A stretch of DNA of 64,000 nucleotides from Octopus sinensis (Eukaryota). How positions within the stretch are numbered: the stretch's first letter is position 1; every line of letters begins with the position of its first letter. The stretch spans positions 55,552,001 through 55,616,000 of the forward strand of contig NC_042999.1 in NCBI RefSeq assembly GCF_006345805.1, in the 5' to 3' direction. A model generated the notes under the pieces. The model had not been told where the DNA came from. It ran no database searches and saw only the letters and a program-made list of their open reading frames with translations. The translations under genes and the position numbers were made by a program. Below are positions 1 through 12,859 of this stretch, piece by piece.

Positions 1-974
1 GCTGTACCGACCTTTGCCCTTCCCTTGGACAACATTAGTGGCCTGGAAAGGGGAGGCAGGTATGCATGAGCGACTGTTGGTCTTCCATAAATAATCTTTC
101 CCGGACTTGTGCCTTGGTGGGTAACTTTCGTTCTAGGTGTAATCCCATGGTCATTACCCGCTTACCTTTTAATATGAAAACAGTGTGAGATTGATATGAC
201 AGAATCGAAAGAGCGTTGGAAGAAATGAAAACAAAGGATAACGATCCTTTTCGAGTCATATAAACTCCCAGGGATAGTTTCTCAGGTCCTGTGGTGCATA
301 TATATTCCTCACCCACCAAGACACCAGTCCATCGCAGAAATACTTATTTTTGCCAGTTGAGTGAATTGGAACAACGTAAAATAAAATGCTTTGGTCAAGA
401 ATATAACGCAATGTTCGCTCCAGGAGTCGAACGCACAAGCTTACAATCATGAGACCAACATCCTAAGAACTGAGCCACGCCCCTCCGTCGGAAGAATTGC
501 TGAGCAATTTTTCCTCGGAATCTTTACGTTCTTTTTTCATACAACACCGAGGTCAGCTTTACTTTTTATCCTTTTAGGGTCAATATTACAAAGTAGCAAT
601 CAATTATTGCGGTTCGATATAAGCGGCTATCGACCTTCCCACAAAATATCGGATTTCTGCAAATACATAAAATGAATTACATCGCAAACAATTTTGTAGC
701 CGTTTGTTTTTTGTTGATGTTGTTATTGTTTGTCACAAAAGGAGCCGTTACTTTTCTTATATGAAAACAGTAAGGCATTGGGATGATAAAAATACTTTCT
801 AGCATTTTTTCTTGCTCTACGTTCTGAGTTCGGATCCTGCGCTGGTCAACTTTGCCGTTGATGCTCTTGGAGTTCATGATATAAAGTACCTGTCTAATAC
901 AGAGATCGATTTCATCATCTGGCCCCCATCCCTTTAAAACTTTCTCGCTTTGTGCCAAAATTAGAAATAATTAT

Positions 975-1170
975 ATGAAAACGGTAAGGCAGTAAACTAG
1001 CCGAACCGTTCATACGTTGGACAAAATACTTAGCAGGATTTCTTCTGATTTTCTAGGTTCTGAGTTCAAACACCAGCGTGGAATCCACTTTACCTGTCAT
1101 CTGGGGTTGATGTAATGGACTTATCTCCTCCCCCAAAGTCTCAGACCTAGTGCCTACTATAACACAAAGG
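975..1170 (+). mobile_element. Degenerate tRNA-derived SINE (family with GTTCTGAGTTCAAAT...CTTT.CCT.TCATC central domain)
   Basis: Matches the better-preserved copies at 17336, 23437 and 50807 (gttctgagttcaaa; tggggttgatgtaat; cctcccccaaa). Confidence 0.65.
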
Positions 1171-1424
1171 TTATTATTATTGTGATTGTTGTTGCTATTA
1201 GTTTTCCTTTTGTATTCTTCTTCTCCACATTTGCTCTATTCTAATCTTTCCTTGTGAAATATCTAATCTTCTAGTAACTACTATCTCTCCTGCATAGATC
1301 AATAAGTTAATGTCACCTATATTGTTAGTATCTTATTCCCCTGAAAACTGAATCTACTTTCCCATTTTTAGCGCTTAGGTGTTATTTTGGTATTTGGGTT
1401 ACAACACTCCTCACTTTTCTCTAA

Positions 1425-3680
1425 AATGAAAGATGGCGAATGAAACTCCCATCCGCTGCAAAAAACAGCGGGTTGTTCACAAGACAGAACAGCCAAGTTG
1501 AACGAGATAGTGACTGTTGTAACAACAACAACAGCGCACATGGAACTATGAAAATGAATTCCCTTTTCCTCCCCTTTACTACCTCAGAAACAAAAGAAAA
1601 TTACAAACACCAAGAACACGAGCGAAAACACTACCATCTCCACCACTACCATCAGTGCCAGCAGCAGCAGCAGTAGTAGTGGTAGCAACATCAACAATAC
1701 GAGAGACAGCAACGGCAGCACCAGCAGCAGCGATGGCAATAACAACAGCGATACCAAAGGTGTCAACTATCCCAACGCATCAACCAAAACAATGACAACA
1801 ACAACATTACCAATATTACCAACAACAAGAATACTTCCGCAGTGGTAGCACTCAAAATGAGATCACGATTCAGCCTAGACCTCCCTCGCAAACAAAGCTG
1901 AAAAGTTGGCCCGAAGCCTGGGATCGCATCAAACACGAGCAAACCTGGGCGAACCTAACCATCTCGGCAGTGGAGAGAAGAACCGTATGTTTCAGATGCT
2001 TTTCAGCGGAGACGAAGAAAGCAGCTTTAATAGCACAAGTAAATATTGAAGCTGCACTGAGATGTATAAGGGATGACACCGAGTACATAGCGAGGGACAG
2101 ACAATATGGCACCATTTCGGTGCATTTTAAGCCAGAAACCCTCGATATGAAGCACTCAATGACCCTTTGCAAAAACAATACGTCCATTATGTACCTCTCA
2201 CATATGGGAAAAAGAACAGCACGTGTCCGCATTGCCAGGATACCACTAGGACTTGATATGTGGTTGCTTCAGCCCCGTCTTCAGAGGTTGGATCACCGGA
2301 ATACACAGCGGCATATGCTCGGTGGTCAATGTTAATGGCCGCCTCTCGCAAGGGTTTCAGATCTCCCGATCAGTCCATGAAGGATAACATCCCTTCTGTA
2401 TGTATTGACTCTTGAACCTTTACTGCGAAAGCTGGAGATGCTGCAGGGAATTCCCCTCGAACCAGGACGTAGAAGGGCTGTGTTGGCTGATACAGACGAC
2501 ATCACCGTGATAGTATCGAACACCTCAGAAATCCAGGTGGTCGGCACATTATTGGAGGAATATGATAAGTTGACAGGAGCAAAACTTAACCCGGAAAAGT
2601 TGGTGGGCGTGGAGCTCTGAACCTGGAGAGGGAAGCCCATGGCGTTCAACAGCGTCATTGAGCGCTGGACGCAGGGATCGGTAAAGTTGCTTGGGCTTTG
2701 GTTCGGATCAGACCTCCAAGTGGATAAGAATCGGGACGAGGTGACGAACAGAATATCAATCTCACACAGAAATGGGCTGCGGGGAATCTGTCACTGAAAG
2801 GTCGGGTGGAGGTGGTGAATGCGTACATCGCATCCGTCATGTACTACTGCCTGACAGTCGTGCCTTGCCCCCGTACGTGCCTCACCAAGTTGGAGCACCT
2901 CATCTTGAAATTCTTGTGAAGAGGGGGCAGGTTCCGTTGGTGAGACGGTCCATCTGCACCACCACCCTCTACGTGGAGGGTTGGGCATGCCATTGCTAAT
3001 GATGCGTAGACATACGCTGAGGCTGCGGCATCTCCAGATATTCTGCCTAAACGGTGAACAGGTGTGATTGCCGTTTGTAAGACAGGCCTTTCCCCAGCAC
3101 ATCTTCTTAACTGAGATGCTGTCCTGGGTGAAAAAGAGACCCGCCGTCTTCCTTTGCCCAGGAAGGTATAGCAATTTTCCACTGTGTGGTAGCAGTAGCG
3201 AAAGAGGTTGTATGGTGAACCAGTTTGAAAGGACAGAAGACAAACACTTTACTCTTCGGCCAAGACATCATCAACTTTTTCACTCTTTCAAATTTCACTT
3301 GGAAAGGAAGATGAAGGTGGAGAGAGAATTGATTCACCTCGCCAATACATTTGCTGAAAGGTGGGCGAATGTAGCGAAAATGGACTGTGTGAATGGACCT
3401 ACTCTAATAATGCACCTGTAGACTGGTAAACTTGAGGAGGAGATGTGAACCCTTTCCCACTACCCTCGAAGGGTCAGGTAGTTCCGGGTTTGTGGGGTAC
3501 CTGAGCCAACCCTGAGTGGTCATCCTTCCTATTGGGAAAATCACATTGTTGTATTTTCTTGTTTAATGTTTCTTGTTATTGTTTTCCTAATTGTTCAGTC
3601 GTTGTTTTGTCTAAGTCCTCTCACAGTCCCCGTCTACACTATTGTCCCCTATATGTCGGCCTTAGTGGCCAATAAATGAA
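1425..3680 (+). mobile_element. Tx1/L1-group non-LTR retrotransposon, 5' end retained, internally deleted
   Basis: ORF1-like relic at 1870-2335 abuts an ORF2 relic (LYVLTLEPLLRKLE, ADTDDITV, TGAKLNPEK, LLGLWFGSDLQV, C-terminal FKFHLERKMKVERE). This is collinear with the minus-strand copy at 45.4-48.3 kb. AATAAA at 3671 is followed by an (AAC)n/(AAT)n tail. Confidence 0.8.
2340..3421 (+). pseudogene. Disrupted ORF2 (reverse transcriptase C-terminal half and tail) of Tx1-like LINE
   Basis: ORF-track fragments 2405-2620, 2791-3243 region and 3068-3421 give RT domains 4-7 and the C-terminus, with stops and frameshifts. Confidence 0.8.
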
Positions 3681-4869
3681 ATAACAACAACAACAACAAC
3701 AATAATAATAATATTGATAAAAACTGATTATTATTACTATTATTATTATTGTTGTTGTTGTTGTTGTTATTTAAGTCATTATTGTTGTTGTTGTTATTAT
3801 TCACTTTTGGTTGTGAAATACATCATATCAGATGAGATTAAGTACACCTGGGAAATCGTACAAATGCATGTTCAAAGCTCACAAAATGCTGTGTGAGAAT
3901 TCCTTCAGATCACTTACAGGGCTATGTATTGTTAGCTGTTTGGAAAGTACTTAGGTCAGTCCCTCTACAAATAAACTCTAGATGTGTTTATAAATATAGT
4001 TGTACCAGTTACCTTTAAAATGAGATACACATTACCTGATTGCCTTGTGGCTTTTATTTCAAGAAGTAAGTTATTGCAATCCCTCAGCTTTCCACATGGC
4101 TTCTGCAAATTACATTAATCGTTAGGTTTTGCTCTACCGATTATAAATTGTAATTTTTGACACGGGGAAATAATATTGGTTGAAACACCGGATTGTCTCA
4201 AAGTCCCTGTACATCGGCGAATTGCGAGTGTTATGAAGAAACATAATCAAAAGCAACATGGTGTTCTGCTATGACGAAAAGCAGCAGCTATAAGAGATTC
4301 ACGTTCGAATAATTCAGAACATATTAAGAATAAATTGACACATCATTGTATGCATTCTCGCTGTTCTGCGTGCATCCCATGAATTATCTATTTGGGAAAC
4401 ATTTGCACGCATCAGTAAATAAGTTGTGTACTCATTCATTTAAACAAGAGTTAGTGCTCTTGTTAGATTCATCAGTATGGTGGGACAGCTGTGACTGAGA
4501 CGACACATGTCGAAGTCGTAAACCCAAAGTGTCTCAAAGCCCCCTTTCACCGAAGAACTGCCTGTGGTATAAACACACATCATATAAAATGACAATTTAT
4601 TCTCCAATAACGAAAGCCAACAATGAGCAGATATTGGCGTTCGAATCAACCAGATCCTACTAACAATAGACAGATATATTATTGTTTGGATTACCGCTGT
4701 TCTACATGCAACCCAAGAACTATTATGTTGATAGTGTCATTTTCTAAGCAACAACGACTTTCATATGACTATTGCAAAGCAACTTCTTCTTAAACGATAG
4801 CGTAAGCATGGCTTTGTGTGGTTAAAAAATTTCCTTTGGAACTATGTATTCTCGTGTTTAGTCCCACTC

Positions 4870-5150
<281 letters not shown>

Positions 5151-5520
5151 CTAAACGCTTAATAAACTTCCATAATCTATTTTTGTGATTTCAATTCGTT
5201 AAATATCAGTTTTATCATACATTATGGGTTACCTTATTTCAGAAGATTGTTAGAGCTGCAGTTATCGAATTTAGTTTCCTTACGTTTCTCTCTAATGTAA
5301 TAAAGCGCTACAAATGTATTAAAGGGAAAACATTCTGCTAATCCAGATTTTTTTTTTTATATTTCTCGGGTGATATTTTTTTTTCTCTGATCAGCTATTA
5401 TTAGTTCCGTTCGTGTGAAATCTAGGTAAATGTTGCTCCATTATTGATATATCGATCACCCCTTGTATGAACTGGCGGTCATTTGAAACAGCCTTGTAAC
5501 AATAACATCGTGTAGTATAT

Positions 5521-5638
<118 letters not shown>

Positions 5639-6183
5639 GTTTACTTCGTCTATCGAGTTCAGTACCCTTTTATCGTTGTATTCTCCTTTGTGCTAGAGTT
5701 TATTAAAGAAACGAATAGTTATACGTTGGTAATATATATATCTCTGGTCTTGGTTGTTACATGTACAAGAAACATTTTACGTAATAGAGTATATAAAATA
5801 GTTATTTTTGAGGGGTTAATATCTTTGAGATAGAGGAATACTAATGCCATCCGTCTGGCAGAAAGGATTCTTTTCTGTTTTTTCATTTCCTTTTTTTTCT
5901 TCTTTTTCTCTTTCATTTTTTATTTTTCGATTTTTAGAAAAGACTCTTCTTGATTTAATGGATCTCAGTGCTTCAATGAAAACTTATTTTATCGATCTCA
6001 AAATCAAGTGAAGCAAAACCTGCTTCGTTGAATTCTGTGCCCAGAATTTAGATCTGCTACGAATATTTTGTTCTGTGCATTGGCCTCATAATAAATATGT
6101 TATACATGCAATCTCCAGCTTGAGATCATCCACACTTCTTTGACATCGTCGGCCTTGATCCCAAATCTGGAAATCTCAGCATT

Positions 6184-6543
6184 ATGTTTTCATCGGCGTT
6201 GGTTTGTCCGTCTGTCCGTCTGTGTGCGAAATAACTCAAAAAGTTGTGAACAGTATTTAATAAAACTTGCAGGAAAAGTTGGTAATGGCGCAAGAAACAG
6301 ATGATGAAATTTTAGTAGTGATCCTGGAATTTTTAAGGATTCTTGAAGGATTTTTCATTTGTTATATTTACTTTACATGAAATATTACAATATTACGTCC
6401 TTCGATTATCTCCCTTAAAAACACGTTCATCGTTTCTACATAACCTATGGTGGCATTGCTGTTTTCAAAGTTTATTTTCGTTTCTCTATAAGTAATTTTA
6501 CTCGCGTATCTATCTTAAAATGAGCTGCTTGGCGGAAGTCTGC
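6184..6543 (+). mobile_element. Helentron/HINE (DINE-1-like) non-autonomous element, 5' part
   Basis: ttatgttttcatcggcgttgg followed by a (GTCC/GTCT)n core, ataactcaaaaagttgtgaac, and the subterminal motif CTTGGCGGA(A/G)GTCTGC. This layout is typical of animal Helentron-associated elements. Confidence 0.65.
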
Positions 6544-7035
6544 GGAGGATGACATGGCAAGCCTTGACTATTGGGATCGACTCAAAAATCTCAGGCTTTG
6601 CTCCCTCCACCGCCGCTGTGATCTCTATATCATCTGTATGATGTGGAAAATATTCCATCAACATTGCCCATCTTTAAAATTCGTCCGAGGCTTGGCCCCC
6701 GTGCCATCCGTCCACTACAGAAATGTTCGTTCGTATCACAATACTATAACAGAACTATTTCATCTCAATTGGCCCTGTTCTCTTCAACATCGTGCCAGAC
6801 ACAAATAAAGGAGTAAAGTGACTTCACAGCATTGAAACGATCCCTAGATGATTACCCCCAACAAATAACAGATAAACCACCCAACACCCAGATATGTCTT
6901 TGAAAATAATAACCCTTTGCTTGAATGGGCTACGGTTCCCCAGAGCTGACTGTGTATTTCTTCCAGGTGGTGCTATTAAATTAGGCATGGCCTAAGTTAG
7001 CTTCGGCCGAAACTTATCTAAGTAATCTAACCTAT
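6544..7035 (+). mobile_element. CR1-clade LINE 3' fragment
   Basis: LDYWDRLKNLRLCSLHRR..YIICMMWKI resembles the CR1 C-terminal L.Y.ERL..L.L.SL.RRR motif. It is followed by GPALFN-like and LD.Y..QI.DKP-like sequence and a 3' stem-loop with a tctaagtaatctaa tail. Confidence 0.7.
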
Positions 7036-7497
7036 ACTGTAACCTTTTAATCAAAGCATGAGAACGTGGGTAGAGGTTGATATCTTAACATTTCTTAAAT
7101 ATATATAAAAGAATTAACGATTTAAATAGAACTACATTCAAAGTATGTCTAAAGTTATTGTGTTTAGACCTGGTTTCCTTCCTCAAACTGTTCTGTTTTG
7201 TAGATGCTATTTTATTTTTTTCAATAAAGCACTCCGAAATTAGAAAAATGAAAAATCTACAACAATCTCGGTCCCATGAGTATCGGACAACGGATTTTCA
7301 ACTGTGTAAAGAAAGTGATTGTGGTGATCGTAGTTTTGACGGTGATTGTGGTGATCGAATTTTTGGCGGTGATTGTGGTAAGATCAGAGACAGCGTTGAT
7401 GCTGACGGTGGTCGAGATAAGTATGGGAAGAGGTTCTGTTTTTGCCGGTGTTGGTTTGTAAAATTAGGCGAATTTCAGCCTGCGTGAATATTGATGG

Positions 7498-7546
7498 AAA
7501 TGAGCTGCTTGGCGGAGGTCTGCACTCTCCGAGTGCTTTTCTAGTT
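7498..7546 (+). mobile_element. Helentron/HINE 3' terminus
   Basis: CTTGGCGGAGGTCTGC, hairpin GCACTC-tcc-GAGTGC (7522-7536), then CTAG-TT (7541-7546). Confidence 0.7.
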
Positions 7547-10500
7547 ATCAATGTACCAACCACAATACCAGATCTCCAACTACCAGACACAGCGTATTGT
7601 TATTGCTGTTGATGTTGCTGTTAATTTCCACTTCATTCCTAACAGAATAGACAAGTTATTTAAAATAATTCCCGCAGAGAACATCTAGTCTGATGATATG
7701 TATTTTGAAGTATTTTATGCCCAACATGACTTTACATAATTTTTGTGGTTATCAGACAAACTAGTTCGTTGTTTTGTTTTGTTTTGTTTTGTTTTTGTTT
7801 GCTATTGGCGCTCCATTCTCATACATTTGAAAATAGCTAAATTCTTTTCAAATTTCAAAAACGATAAGCAGAAGTTGTAGAAGAAGAAAAGAGTTTTAAA
7901 AAAAACATAAAACACTACGAGAAATAACTATTTTTAGACAAATGACATTGGGAAGGATTATAATAAATGGGGAAACGAACGGATTTTTCTCACAACCCAA
8001 TAAATAACACACTAGAATGTCAAATGAAGGCGAATTTTCTGATTCTTCTAACAAGCCGTGTGACCACGTAGAAATTTTGTGAAATTTTCGGTGATATTTA
8101 ATGCTGAGATACCAAAGAATTCTGATGTCGCTAGGCTTGTATTTGCCCAACATCACATATGAACATTCCTTAGATTTGTATGAAATTTGATGCAGTTTGG
8201 TTACATGGTATATTTTACGAAGCAAAATATTGTGCTTCACTCTATTATTGTAGATCTGCTATGTTTATCTTTGAGCAGCCATCTAACCACGTTTTGATTT
8301 ATATTCTAAAAAGTCAATTCATACTATGTTTGCCAAGCTTCTGCGGCTTAGCTTTAGGATATCTCTCCGAGAACCACAATTTTAGTTTAAATTATTTCAT
8401 CTTTCCAGCAGCTGTTCTGTAATATAAATGGACGATCGTATAGTGGCTGTCTTTGAAAGTATACTTTTGCCGCCATGCTTAATATCAGGAAGTATGGCAA
8501 TCATACAATAATTATAAGTTATCTTTCACTTTTCTGCAATCGATAAAATACACGTCCGTCTTGGATTGGAATCGATTAAAATAACAACACCTTCGACTCC
8601 TAATAGTTGTGAATTTGTGTCACACTTAGAAGCAATTATTTAAATTGGCCATAAGTTACGAATACATATGCTGCATATACAACCATATCAATATATAAGG
8701 TTACCTTTCGATGACTGGAGGCACACTTTTGCTGCCTTAGGTAATATCAGAAAATATGGCATAGATACAATAAATATAACTTAACTTTTATTGAATTCCT
8801 TGTTGCTTATAGAAAATGATGCAATGAATACTAATTATGAAAGAAAATATAAATTACCTGAGAATATAATTAAATAAATCAATTTTCTCATTTATACGGC
8901 TCTTTCTATAACTATTCTGTCGTTTACACCTCTTCCCCTCCTCTTCTGTCTTTATCGTTATTTCTCTCTCAGTGTTTGTATGTAACATTCATTTACACAT
9001 TGTCTGACACCAAGCGTAGTATGCACACTCATCGTGCACCTGTTATACTAACACTCTCTGCATTTCTCTATTACCCCCTCTTTCTGGGTATTTTTCTTTT
9101 ACTCTATCTCCCCCTCTCTCTCTGTATTTTTTTTTTACTCTCTCTCTCTCCTAACCCTAAATCCTATCTTCATCAATAAGCTCATTAAACCCATCGATTA
9201 TTTCATTTTTTTAAAAAAGACAAAGTTCAAATCATCCATAAAGAAGTAATTTTCCTGCTACACTCTAAGACCCAATACAACGTACATTCTTAACCATTAT
9301 TAGTGTCAATGTTGAATGTATTATACATATCCCCCAAAACAAATGGGAGAAGCTAATACCTTGATAGAAGCGCTCTATTTATTTTAATACGTTCTATTTG
9401 TTCATTGTAGAGGTTAATTCTAGTTTCCATTAACTCGTAGTCTTAACAATCAATTTGGTTTTATTATCTCGTCGATCCCAACCATCTATTATCCATTTTA
9501 TAATGGAAATCTATATCATTGTTAGATGTCTAAAAGGTGTTATTACTTGCCATTGCAGCGCATTAATTTATTTAGTAAGTAATTGGTTTATTCTTTCTTC
9601 TTCGTCGTTTATACTTTTACTGATATTCTGGGAAACCACACAAACACATACAAACACATACAAACACACACAAACACACACGCACCTACACACAGCACAT
9701 ATATGATGATGACGACAGCGACGACGACGACGATGATGATGATGACGACGATGACGATAATGTTGATAACGATAATGGTGATGCCGAAAAAGACGAATCT
9801 TTCGATAATGATCAATCCTTCGTTGATTTCGAAGATGAACTTTCGATTTCCGATTAACTGAGCTTCACAATGTTTATATTGACACAAAAGTGGCTGAGTA
9901 TCCTGCAGACGAGTGCTCTTTTAACTTGACCCTCAGCCGTTTCAACATGGGACAACAATTTCCCCTCATCGCAATTTTATTCATAAATATTTTTAGACGA
10001 TCCAAAACCAACTTAGACGAGTGTTGTTTTCTTTCTTTTTTTCTTTTTATTAGATTTCAATCATTCTTTACTACATGTTTTATATTTCTTCAGGTGGTGA
10101 CCATCGCCTCTCTGTATTCCTGGTAAATCTAAAATTTCTTCCGGGTCACATAAGTGAAAAGATAATGACACTGTATACAAGTTTTCTTTCATTCTATTTA
10201 CTTTCCCAGCTTGCTCCATTTGACTATCGTCTCTATGGATCATTGCAACATTATTTAGCCAGGAAAACAATTTATTGATGATGATCATTAATATAGGGAC
10301 CTGGCAGATTCATTTGCAGGGCGGACAAAATGCTTATCGGTATCTCTGCCTGCTTTTTGCGGCTCAAGTTCAAAATCCCTGTGATCAACTTTGCCTTTCA
10401 ATTCCGTGTCGATTAAGTGAAATACCAATGAAATACCGAGGTCAGTATAACAGACAAACTCTCTCTCAAATTTAAGGCTTTGTGCCTATATATGAAACAG

Positions 10501-11591
10501 AAAAAAATGATATTTATTTACTAAGATAACTACAAAGTTTCCTCAGAATTTTGTAGGTTGTATTCTAGATGCTTGTTTTCGTTTTTATATTTCTTGTTCT
10601 CCCGTATATTCTCGCTTATTCCTTTAGAATCCAGTCGCGAATACTATCACTGATAGTATTGATACCTATCTGTTACTGCATCTTATTTTGCGTATAAAAC
10701 TGTTTTACTTATTAGTCGGCTGCATCTGGAGAATTACTTCCTCACCTTTTCTTTTTTTTGGCGTATTTTCTATCTATTTTATTAATCCTTAAGTGTTTCT
10801 AAGTCACTGTGTGTTATAATTGATTTATCTCTATTTCTTTATCTAAATACAATATTGTTTTAAATTAATTTGCCTCTGTTCAAAGTTGTATCGACGTAGT
10901 TTTCTAAACTGTATTTCCAATATGTGTATATAGGCTAAAGCATGGGTTCGAGTTCACACCTATTTTCTAAAACCGTAGTGAGATTTTCGGGAGATTTGGA
11001 AGTTATTTCTTGCAGAGCAACTAGCCACATAGTTTCTAAAGTACTAAATAGAAAAAATAGACTCATGGTTGTACCACATTCAAAGATGTTTTATATTTTA
11101 ATGAGGAAGTAGGCTGAATTATCAATAATGCTGTCGGAGTAATGACTTAAATTAATCAAAGAAATGATTCCTGATACCTTAGTCTCTACTGACATGTTGA
11201 GGTAGAAAATGGAATCAAATACATTCAATTTTATTTAGAACACAATTGAAAAAATAGACATGAGGTGAGTATCATTTTAGGCAGCTATCTATGGTCCTCA
11301 TATGACCCAAGTGTCTAGCACCCCAGTGCTGATCTACGAAATCTGTGACTTGTTTCAATAAATAAGTGTAGGAGGCGCAGTACGTTATTTTACTCAGGGG
11401 TCTCCAATCATGCTGGAAGAGCCCTGCAGGTGGTTCTTATCGATCACATGCTTACTCGTTGTAGATTGATCTAGGTGTGACGAATAGCAAATATTTCAGG
11501 TGCCGCATTACAATTTTTTTCATAAAAATTACATACAAACATACACATACGTAAAAAATATATATGTATATATATACATATATATGTATAC

Positions 11592-11657
<66 letters not shown>

Positions 11658-11799
11658 GTAACAGAAAAGAGGAATTTCGGTTGTCCCCATGTGGTGGATT
11701 GTAATGTATATAGGAACAATAAAAACGGAAAATACGCACACTTACATAGTTATAGCATAATTTTTTATGTATCGACCGGTTTCGCAATCGCTATTTATG

Positions 11800-12760
11800 A
11801 TACAATGTTTAATTTATATGAAAATATATTTTTTCTTAAGAAGAAAATGGGTCCATGTTGTTTATAATGAGATTCACGACTGAATGATTTAACAAGTTGA
11901 CAAGTAAAGGGAGGTAATTGGTTGTTATTATTGTTATTGTTGTCTGTAAGGGAGATAACTGTTTAGGATTTGAGTGGGGAAAAATATGTGTACAGAAAGG
12001 AGACAGGTTTAAAAAAAAGAGGGGCCTTGTTTAGTAGGGGATTTATGTACAGTGATGTAATATGTAAAAATAAAAAAAATTGGTTATGCGTGCTTATTCA
12101 GAAGTGTTTTGTATTTTTCAATGTTTCTTTATTTAAACGTTCTAGTTGAGAGATTGTGTCTTTGCACTGGTAGAGAGGGAAGACTGTAAAATTTTGTTTG
12201 ATGTTACCTGCACATTTTTCTATGTGTTCACTAAGAGGGATTTGTCTGTATTGCGGGAAACGGATTTGCTCCTTATGCAGAGTAATTCTCTTCCTCAAAA
12301 TTAAACTCGTTTGTCCAACATACTGATGACTGCAACCCGAGCAGGTTATTACGTAAATTAGGTCCTCAGAGGCACGGGTGAAACTAGTTTTAATTGTGAA
12401 CCTCTGTCCTTGTTTGAAAAGAAAGTCCGAGCCTTCAAGCAGGTGGGGGCAGGTTCCACAGTTCGGGCGTCCACATCTTTTAACCGTTGGTTTCGTGGTT
12501 GTTTTGTAAAGCTTCGCATTTGTTAGTAGTCTCTTTAGAGATTTGTCTTAAATTTTGCATTTGATGAGTTTGTGTGTTTTCAGGATGTCGTTCATTTTTG
12601 GATCTCTAGTTAGTAAAGGGAGAGTTTGCACAATAGTGTTGAATGCCTCACTGTTTCTGGGGTTGTGTGTTGATATAAAAAGTAATGTTTTGGTTTGAGG
12701 TGTGGTGCTATGTTTTTTTGTTCTTAGTGTTTTTGTGTCTAATTGTTTGGCACATCCTGA
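11800..12760 (-). mobile_element. Penelope-like element 3' fragment (RT thumb, CCHH-type Zn motif, GIY-YIG endonuclease)
   Basis: Minus-strand translation 12700 to 12098: FISTHNPRN...LKRLLTNAK...RCGRPNCGTCPH...DLIYVITCSGCSHQYVGQTSLILRKRITLHKEQ. One in-frame stop upstream. Confidence 0.9.
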
Positions 12761-12784
12761 ATAGCGATTGCGAAACCGGTCGAT
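12754..12784 (+). ncRNA. Minimal hammerhead-like motif in the Penelope pLTR (inverted twin at 11769-11803, minus)
   Basis: atc CTGAATA GC-gatt-GC GAAA CCGGT C gat: stem I, stem II, GAAA, palindromic ACCGGT stem III, GUC triad. The core has U at G8. Confidence 0.55.
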
Positions 12785-12859
12785 ACATTAAACATCATAC
12801 TATAACCATGTAAGTGTGCGTATTTTCCGTTTTTATTTTTCCTATATATATATGTATAT

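Larger units (their letters stand above)
11707..12848. repeat. Inverted pseudo-LTR pair (arms 11707-11795 and 12760-12848) bracketing the Penelope fragment
   Basis: aaaaacggaaaatacgcacacttacat...gtatcgaccggtttcgcaatcgctatt recurs as its reverse complement with a few substitutions. Confidence 0.9.

Noticed and set aside
1-155. GC-richer segment that looks like the end of an interspersed repeat
   Set aside because: Cut by the window edge, with no second copy here to support a call.
7158-7487. ORF with GDCGDR repeats
   Set aside because: Produced by a 27-bp tandem repeat; no homology recognised; covered under the Helentron cargo finding.
10094-10440. Possible plus-strand exons 10094-10122 and 10320-10440 (GGDHRLSVFL / GGQNAYRYLCLLFAAQ...)
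   Set aside because: AG/GT boundaries are frame-compatible, but the peptide is unrecognisable and such sites arise by chance; needs RNA-seq.
11395-11407. CAGGGGTCTCCAA, resembling a hAT MITE terminus
   Set aside because: No matching opposite end or TSD found.
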